A stretch of 64,000 nucleotides of DNA from positions 96,001-160,000 of the forward strand of contig JBFWVL010000006.1 of the NCBI GenBank assembly GCA_050246755.1, read 5' to 3'. Shown in pieces: positions 57,425 through 64,000 of this stretch. Position 1 is the first letter of the stretch. Every line of letters starts with the position of its first letter. The stretch is from Bacteriovoracia bacterium. GTDB taxonomy: Bacteria > Bdellovibrionota > UBA1018 > CAIPTA01. The notes under the pieces were generated by a model. The model was given only the letters and a program-made list of their open reading frames with translations, was not told the origin of the DNA and did not search any database. The position numbers were made by a program, and so were the translations under genes.

Positions 57425-59846
57425 GTCCTTGAGCGAGCGGCTTCCGTTCTGGCACTTGGACGAGGATTTGACCGTTTTCAATGATGGCTCGCTTGGAGCG
57501 GGCTTTCGCCTTGGGGGTTACGACATATCGTGCGCAAGCCCCGAGGAGATTAACCGATTCAGCCGGAACGTGGAGCACTTGCTTGTATCCTGCCCGGAAG
57601 GGGTTAGGCTTCAGCTCTTTTACCGCCTAAGCCCGAACGTCGAAGGCGTTTTAAAAAAACATGAAGAGGTTTCCGCAGAGTGTCCCCCCGTTTACCAGGA
57701 GGTGCGCGGGGCAAGGCTCAATTTCTTGCGCGAAACGGCTAGGAATAGCGGCTTTTTCGTTCCTGAAATTTACCTGTTCGTGAGGAGCGAAGCCCTACTC
57801 TTAAAGAAAAAGAAGCTGTTTGAGAAACAAGCGCAGTATGAGCAGGTCACGCGCGGGCGCTATGAGGAACATAAAGAAAAGTTCTCAAGGCTCCTCAATC
57901 AGCTCGAATCGTCCTTGAAGGCTTGCAGGGTTGAACCCTCAAGGATCGGTAAAGAAGAGTGGTTCGCCCTCGTGTTTTCCTATCTCAATTTTTCGAGAGC
58001 GGAATCCCTTGGGGTGCCGGAGCTGAAAGTGTCAACGGGGCCGCTCGCGCAATCGGTGGCAAGCCAGCTTGTGCTTACCGATGCGGAAGTGAAGCGAAAC
58101 GCGGTTCAGATCGGAGAGCATTTCTTTCGGGTGCTCACGCTTAAAACCCTGCCCGAAGGCCAAACGATGGCCGCAATGGTGGATGAGTTCACAAAATTGC
58201 CGTTTCATTTTTGGGTTAGCCAAAACATTTCCGTTTTGAACCAGCGAAAGGAAATCGAAAAGCTAGAAATGAGTCGCCGTGTGGCGCACTCGATGGCAAG
58301 CGGCGCGAAGAATGTTTCCGACTTAGAGAGCGAATCAAAGCTATCGCAGATCGAGGAATTATTGCGCGAGCTTTTGGAGGGCTCGGAGCGCCTGGTTTCG
58401 ATGGATTTTAACGTCGTTCTTTGGGCAAATGACGCCTCCGAATTGGAAGAAAAAACGGACGAGGTGCTAAAAGCCTTTCGGAGCATGGGGCAAGCGGAAG
58501 GGCTTGTGGAGACGCTTGCGGGTTTTGACGCGTTTTTGGCTGCGGCCCCGAGTGTTTGCGCGGGGTTTCGGCATAAAAAACTCAAATCCTCGAACGCGGC
58601 CCACTTGATGCCGCTTTATTCCTGTTGGAACGGGAACGAGCGGCCCGTCTGTGTGCTGCCAAACCGCGAGGGCTCGATCTGCTCGATTGATCCCTTCGCG
58701 CCCGAGCTTCCGGCTTGGAACGGTTTGGTGTTCGGTCAAACGGGCTCAGGGAAAAGCTTTACCCTCTGCCAGCTCATGCTCCAGTTCTACGGGCAAAACC
58801 CGCGCCCGCGCATCGTATGGATCGACAACGGAGCCTCTTCCGAGCGGCTGCTGGAAGTGCTGGGCGGCGAGTTCATCGACCTAACGCTGGAGTCTGGAAT
58901 AACGATGAATATGTTTGACCTTGAGCCGGGGGAAAAAGAGCCCTCCTCAAGTAAGATCAAGCTCATTCTCGCCGTTCTCGAATTGATCTTGAAGGACCAA
59001 GAGCAAAAGGGTCTGCCCAAGCGAGAGAAGGCACTTTTAGAGGAGGCGATTTTCGAGGTTTACAAACGAACCGGAGAAAGAATCCCGACTTTAAGTGATT
59101 TGAAACTGCTGCTTGAAAACCATGCGGCTATAGAGATGAAGCGTTATGCGCAGATTCTCTTTTCTTGGACCGGAAACACGGCATACGGAAAGATGCTGGA
59201 TCGGCCTACGAACATCCGTTTGACCCGCGATCTTGTCACCATCGAGATCAAGGGGCTTACGAACCACAGCGAGCTAAAGGATATTCTGCTCTTGCTTCTC
59301 ACCTCGTTTATTCAGGACGCGGCGGCAAGCGATATGACCCGGCCATATCTCATGATTTGCGACGAAGCGGAACGCTTCTTTAAGAGTGGCGAGCTTTCAA
59401 AGCAGTTTATTATCACCTGCTACCGAACTTGGAGGAAGTACCGGGCGAGCATCTACTGTTTGAGCCAAAATTATAGGGACTTCTTGGCTGACCCGGAGCT
59501 GGCCGACGCGCTTTTGCCGAACACCACGAGCGTCATCATCTTGCGCCAGCGGAAAATCGACTGGAAGGACTTTCAAGAGGCGTTTGACTTCAACGATGCG
59601 CAAGTGGAAGCGGTGAAAAGCCTTGAAATCGTCAAAGGGAAATACTCAGAGTTTTTCTATATGCAAGACGAGAATCAGGCAATCTTGCGCCTCGTGCCCG
59701 AGCCTTTGAGCTATTGGATTTGCACGACGGATGGAAACGACAAAGCGCGTATTCAAGAAATGGAACAAAAATATCCGGGCCTTCCCAAAATCGAGATTTT
59801 AAAAAAACTCGCCTTTGGGGATACGGAAGAAAGGAGGGCTGCATAG
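57414..59846 (+). CDS. VirB4/TraC-like conjugation ATPase
   Basis: 810 aa; GQTGSGKS Walker A, IDNG.S, ICDEA, RKY.A....SQN. Confidence 0.9.
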   Translation: MVSKSLSERLPFWHLDEDLTVFNDGSLGAGFRLGGYDISCASPEEINRFSRNVEHLLVSCPEGVRLQLFYRLSPNVEGVLKKHEEVSAECPPVYQEVRGARLNFLRETARNSGFFVPEIYLFVRSEALLLKKKKLFEKQAQYEQVTRGRYEEHKEKFSRLLNQLESSLKACRVEPSRIGKEEWFALVFSYLNFSRAESLGVPELKVSTGPLAQSVASQLVLTDAEVKRNAVQIGEHFFRVLTLKTLPEGQTMAAMVDEFTKLPFHFWVSQNISVLNQRKEIEKLEMSRRVAHSMASGAKNVSDLESESKLSQIEELLRELLEGSERLVSMDFNVVLWANDASELEEKTDEVLKAFRSMGQAEGLVETLAGFDAFLAAAPSVCAGFRHKKLKSSNAAHLMPLYSCWNGNERPVCVLPNREGSICSIDPFAPELPAWNGLVFGQTGSGKSFTLCQLMLQFYGQNPRPRIVWIDNGASSERLLEVLGGEFIDLTLESGITMNMFDLEPGEKEPSSSKIKLILAVLELILKDQEQKGLPKREKALLEEAIFEVYKRTGERIPTLSDLKLLLENHAAIEMKRYAQILFSWTGNTAYGKMLDRPTNIRLTRDLVTIEIKGLTNHSELKDILLLLLTSFIQDAAASDMTRPYLMICDEAERFFKSGELSKQFIITCYRTWRKYRASIYCLSQNYRDFLADPELADALLPNTTSVIILRQRKIDWKDFQEAFDFNDAQVEAVKSLEIVKGKYSEFFYMQDENQAILRLVPEPLSYWICTTDGNDKARIQEMEQKYPGLPKIEILKKLAFGDTEERRAA

Positions 59847-62627
59847 CCTTTCACTTAGGAAAAATAGGGCTTGTTCTTGCGCTATTCATCGGAGGCCAGC
59901 CCGCGAGGGCCGACCTCTTTGGTGGTGACGGCGTGCCAAGAAACGCACGCGTGTAGGTGGTTGAAATGTACCACCCTCAGAAATTGGCCATTTATCTGAG
60001 TAGCTACCATGACGGCGTAGGCCGCAAGGCGGGGAAAACCCCTTCTACGTCGAAGCTCATGGGAAAATGGAGTGTTCAGGTGGCTTCGGTTTTGCTCGAA
60101 AGAGTGAGCCGTTGTCCGTCTCTGTCAGGAACACCCGCAAGTATCCAGGCCGCAACGAAAGTGAACCGCTGTCTAAGCGTCGTAACCAAAGCCAACGATC
60201 GTACAGAGTTTGTTGGTGATAGAGAGGTCGAGCCGGTCGTCTCCTGGCGAAGACTAAAATCAGTGTGGAAGCAATGGTCGAATGCACACACTGGCTCTCT
60301 CGGCGTTAAGGCGGGCGGCATGGATACATACACGCATGCGCAAACTTGGGATCTCCCTAGCGGTCCTAGTAGCACAATCCAGTGCGACTGGGAAGTCCGA
60401 CGTATAAGCACACAGTGCGAAAGCGAAGGAAACGCCGTTTTAGGGAAGTCGGATGAGGCAATAGTAGTGATGATGCCGAGGACATTACAACCTCGGCGGA
60501 GCGAAGTGCCTCTGCTTTTGAATACGTTTCCTCAAAGAAAGGGGGATGCATGATTGTCCAAAAGACTGAAAACGTGCGTGAGCGAAAGCTCACCAAGTCC
60601 CGCCTTCTGCAAAGGAAACTTTATTGTGCGGCCAAGGCCGACGGAAATCGTCGCTTTGGCATTCTGTTCGATAAGGTCTACCGCTGGGACATCCTGGAAG
60701 TGGCTTGGAAAATGATCCGAGCCAACCGGGGTGCATCCGGCATAGACCGGCAGTCCTTCGATGACATCGAAACGTATGGTGTCGAGAAGTTCTTGCGGGA
60801 ACTCCAAGAAGAGTTGCAATCGGGGAAATACCGTCCACAGCCAGTGCGACGAGTGATGATCCCGAAGGCCAATGGCAAATCGCGTCCGCTGGGAATCCCC
60901 ACGATCAAAGATCGTGTGGCCCAAATGGCTGTGAAACTTGTCATTGAGCCGCTCTTCGAAGCAGACTTTCAAGACTTCTCGTATGGGTTCCGTCCTCAAC
61001 GGAGCGCCCACCAAGCAATCAAAGAGGTACGCAAGTACATCAACTTTGGTTGCGAACATGTCATCGAAGTGGATCTTAAGTCCTTCTTCGACAGCATACC
61101 GCAGGACAAGCTGATGGATTTAGTTGCGCGTCGGATCTCTGATCCGCGCGTGCTGAAGATCATCAAGAGCTGGTTAACTGCGGGTGTTGCGACAGAAGCC
61201 GGAATTACTCGCTCGGTGATTGGGACTCCGCAGGGAGGTGTGATCTCGCCGTTACTGGCCAACATCTTCTTGAATGAGTTGGATCGTGAGTGGAGCAAAC
61301 GGGATTATGCAACTCGCAAGTGCGATGCGCATTTAGTCCGCTACGCCGACGACATGGTCGTCGCGTGTAAGTGGCGCCCGGAGTTCTACTACAAACAACT
61401 CATCGAGATCTTGAACACTCTTGGGGTGGAGGTCAACGCGGAGAAAACCCGCGTTGTACACGCGAGCGAGGGATTTGACTTTCTCGGCATTCATTTCAGG
61501 TTGGCCCCGTCTTATGCGGGCAAGATGAATTGCTATTACTGGCCATCACACAAGTCGGTTACGAACTTCAAGAAAACGATTCGCGAAATGGTGAACAACC
61601 GTTGCGCCGTCGATTTTGAGAAGATCATCGTGGCCGTCAATCCTGTGATCAGAGGCTGGGGCAATTACTTCGCCATCACGAATGCCGGAAAGTGCATGTG
61701 GGACTTAGATCGTTTTATCTGTGAGCGGTTTAACCGCGTTATCGCACGGGCCCGTAAGGTCCGTGGAGCTCATCAATCCGTTATGAGTGCAAAAGTTTTG
61801 TACGAACAATTTGGATTGATTGATCTTTACGGCCTAGCGAAGAAGGAGGCTGAATGCCGCACAATGAATTTCAATCGGTAAGCCGTATGAAGGAAAACTT
61901 CACGTACGGTTTGACGGGAAGGGATTGGAAATCTGTCTACGATTTGGTTAATAAGTCACTCCGCAACCGAAAGGGCGGAGCAACAGGATACCAAGTCTAC
62001 GAGATAAGGCGCCAATTCTTTACCCTACTGGCGGTGCTCACTCAGATTCTCGCCGAGAGCATCAAGCAGTATTACCAGCTTAAAGAAATCATCGGCCAGG
62101 GCCGCGATCAGGCGGATTTTTTGCGAAACCTCAATTCCGGTATTGAAAATTCAATCGGCCTTTTGCAATCGCTCCCCGTAAGGGATGAAAAAATCCTCGC
62201 CGAGCTGCGGGAATTTCAAGGGGCACTGAAAACCATTTCGGACGTTTATGGGATTATCCCTAAGAGCCGCGAGGCGACCATGCAGGCCCTTCACGATCAA
62301 ACGATTGCGGAGAGCCTTCGCATGATTACTTCGTTTAAGGAGTATTCAGAAAAGCAGGAGGAAAACTCCATCATGATCGCGGTGCAGAGCCGGGAGGCGT
62401 CGCCCAAGGGAGCGGCCCGGATGCAGGCCGAGACAAGCGCGGAGATTCTGCGCAGCCTCTCGCAGCTCATTCGGCTAAATACGCAGATGCTCAAGATGCA
62501 AAGTGAGCAATTTGCCATGCACAACAAAATGGGTAAAGACAGCGTGGGGAATTTTCAGCGTGTGAATCAAGACCTGGGCCGCAGCTTCCAGGGCTTCAAG
62601 TCGGAAATGGGACTCGTTAAATTCTAG
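59843..62627 (+). CDS. VirB5/TrbJ-like secreted protein split by a group II intron (exons ~59843..59930 and 62029..62627)
   Basis: Joining gives in-frame ...PARA-DLFGGD-V-AVLTQIL...; start codon uncertain (possibly ATA). Confidence 0.75.
59931..62028 (+). mobile_element. Group II intron, 2098 bp
   Basis: 5' GCGTG; RT ORF; domain V AGCCGTATG-AAGGAAAACTT-CACGTACGGTT at 61881; 3' end ACCCTAC; removal restores the host frame. Confidence 0.92.
60550..61881 (+). CDS. ltrA: Group II intron reverse transcriptase/maturase, no endonuclease domain
   Basis: N.GA.GID, RPLGIPT..DR, SYGFRP, GTPQGGVISPLLAN, RYADD, FDFLG, RGWGNYF. Confidence 0.95.
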   Translation: MIVQKTENVRERKLTKSRLLQRKLYCAAKADGNRRFGILFDKVYRWDILEVAWKMIRANRGASGIDRQSFDDIETYGVEKFLRELQEELQSGKYRPQPVRRVMIPKANGKSRPLGIPTIKDRVAQMAVKLVIEPLFEADFQDFSYGFRPQRSAHQAIKEVRKYINFGCEHVIEVDLKSFFDSIPQDKLMDLVARRISDPRVLKIIKSWLTAGVATEAGITRSVIGTPQGGVISPLLANIFLNELDREWSKRDYATRKCDAHLVRYADDMVVACKWRPEFYYKQLIEILNTLGVEVNAEKTRVVHASEGFDFLGIHFRLAPSYAGKMNCYYWPSHKSVTNFKKTIREMVNNRCAVDFEKIIVAVNPVIRGWGNYFAITNAGKCMWDLDRFICERFNRVIARARKVRGAHQSVMSAKVLYEQFGLIDLYGLAKKEAECRTMNFNR

Positions 62628-63617
62628 GTGTTCGACTACCTCCCCGAAGTGGGAAGGCAGCTCCGGGGCGAGCTGATCGGGGTATATTGGACCTTGCTCG
62701 TCCCGTTTGTTGTACTTCTGATTATCCTGGAATTTTTCAAAGAAGAACCGCCAAACGTAAGAGAGATTTTTCGCAGAGTCGTTATTTCGATTATCATGCT
62801 CTATTCGTTTGATTACGTTATCAGCGCGATTGCCTTGGTTGGTGACGGGATCACGGAACGGATCGACGGGATTCAAAAGCTCTGGGACGTGATGAAAAAT
62901 CTAGGGCCGAATTACAACAATTCAACCGGCGACTGGTTTAGCCTAAGAGAAACTGCCATCTACTTTTTCGGTATCGCGGCCTATATCATTTCCTACCTTG
63001 GATTTTTTGTGGCCACGGCGTTGATTCATTTCGTGTGGACGGTTCTCTATATTTGCTCGCCCTTGATGATTCTTATGTACGTCTCGAAGGGCACGGCCTA
63101 CGTCACAAAAAGCCTTTACACAGGGTTGATCCAAGTCGTGACCTGGAAAGTGCTCTACTCGATTCTTGGGGTCTTGCTTTTGAAGCTCGCTATGAATCCG
63201 CAAGTGACCGGCATGGAGGATTACCTTATGTCGATCATCATAAACTTGTGCATTGGGGTTTCAATGCTCTTTATCCCGTTCGCTACAAAATCGTTCCTCA
63301 ATGATGGATTGCAAGGCGCGGCCTCCGCACTTGCGGCAGTGCCGACAATGGCGGCGGGTGTAGCAATCAAGGGTGCGGCATTGGCTGCGAGTAAGAAGCT
63401 CGCCGCGAAAGGCATGGCAGCAGGCAATTTCTTAAGCCTTCCTGCGCAGAACTGGACCGGAGCCAAGATCGACAAGATGCGAGCGCGGTTTAGCCCTGCT
63501 ATCGCAAAAGCACAGAACATGAAGCAGCAATGGAAAGATTTGGGACTAGCGACAAGAACAAATGCCTTTGGGCATAGTGAAAAAATAAGGAGAAATAGAG
63601 ATAGAAGCAAAAAATGA
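62628..63617 (+). CDS. VirB6/TrbL-like polytopic membrane protein
   Basis: Multiple TMs, SPL motif, Ala-rich C-terminal tail; T4SS context. Confidence 0.75.
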   Translation: MFDYLPEVGRQLRGELIGVYWTLLVPFVVLLIILEFFKEEPPNVREIFRRVVISIIMLYSFDYVISAIALVGDGITERIDGIQKLWDVMKNLGPNYNNSTGDWFSLRETAIYFFGIAAYIISYLGFFVATALIHFVWTVLYICSPLMILMYVSKGTAYVTKSLYTGLIQVVTWKVLYSILGVLLLKLAMNPQVTGMEDYLMSIIINLCIGVSMLFIPFATKSFLNDGLQGAASALAAVPTMAAGVAIKGAALAASKKLAAKGMAAGNFLSLPAQNWTGAKIDKMRARFSPAIAKAQNMKQQWKDLGLATRTNAFGHSEKIRRNRDRSKK

Positions 63618-64000
63618 GGAAAGAAAGCCCGTTGACCAGTGGCTTGCACTCAATCAAATGCTGCACCTTCACCGCGCCTTGAATTTCGTGGCGGGTGGCG
63701 TGGTCGCGGTGTTGATTGGAGTGATCGTAATGATGGCTTTCCAATCGCCGCTGGTGATTTTGACGAGCAGCCAGGAAAAGCATTACTACCAAACGGAAAG
63801 AAAGCCCGACACCATCACGGAAAAGGACGTGGAGAATTTTGTCCGTGATTTTTTGGAACAGCTTTTTACCTGGGACGATCTTGCGCCGGAGGTGATTCTA
63901 AAGCGGGTTACGCCGCTTGTGACCTCCGGCCTGCTTGATCGCATACGGCAAGAGCTGATCCAGAAAACGCAGAAGGACTTTAAGGGAAAAACCCTTTCGC
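63601..64000 (+). CDS. VirB8/TraE-like bitopic protein, truncated by the window end (not in the ORF track)
   Basis: Open frame ...DQWLALNQMLHLHRALNFVAGGVVAVLIG...DVENFVRDFLEQLFTWD...; start at ATA 63601 or ATG 63658. Confidence 0.7.
   Translation, partial: MEAKNEERKPVDQWLALNQMLHLHRALNFVAGGVVAVLIGVIVMMAFQSPLVILTSSQEKHYYQTERKPDTITEKDVENFVRDFLEQLFTWDDLAPEVILKRVTPLVTSGLLDRIRQELIQKTQKDFKGKTLS

Larger units (their letters stand above)
39320..64000. mobile_element. Putative ICE, left part (continues beyond the window)
   Basis: Recombinase-domain gene at the edge, visibly more AT-rich cargo, IS, group II intron and VirB-like operon; left boundary approximate. Confidence 0.75.

Noticed and set aside
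59957-60553. 198-aa ORF upstream of the RT
   Set aside because: It lies within structured intron domains I-III and has no protein-like motifs.
60550-61881. RT as retron, DGR or CRISPR-associated RT
   Set aside because: It has YADD, a maturase domain, domain V/VI RNA and in-frame exons; no template/variable repeat, msr-msd or cas genes were seen.
61854-62028. N-terminus of the 257-aa ORF
   Set aside because: This is a translation of intron domains V-VI; the true exon begins at 62029.
63639-63848. 69-aa ORF in the track
   Set aside because: Wrong frame; the overlapping open frame encodes the VirB8-like protein.

Overview
The window has two parts. About 1-39.3 kb is GC-rich core chromosome, most likely from a Bdellovibrionota/Oligoflexia-type predator (inferred from TIGR02147-like regulators, GYF-PilZ proteins, an AglRQS-like TolQ/TolR trio and many secreted hypothetical proteins). 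It carries dksA, trxA, gmhA, polA, nusB-nrdR, glyA, rpiB, an interrupted rpmF-plsX-fabH-fabG-acpP-fabF cluster, PIN-PhoH, asparaginase II and mscL. From about 39.3 kb to the end is an apparent integrative conjugative element (ICE). It has a recombinase-domain gene at the left edge, cargo genes, a 1.33-kb DDE insertion sequence with TTAA flanks, and a VirB2-B3-B4-B5-B6-B8-like T4SS operon whose virB5-like gene is split by a 2098-bp group II intron. The top finding lies directly upstream of the T4SS: a five-gene cassette encoding a sigma-54 NtrC-type regulator, a small secreted peptide ending ...SVICY, an orphan OppA-like peptide-binding protein, a minimal YcaO and a hybrid histidine kinase. It is followed by two palindromic enhancer-like sites, an IHF-like site and a -24/-12 sigma-54 promoter pointing into the transfer operon. 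I interpret this as a candidate YcaO-modified peptide-pheromone (RiPP) quorum-sensing circuit controlling conjugation. All family calls come from motif recognition by eye, with no database searches.
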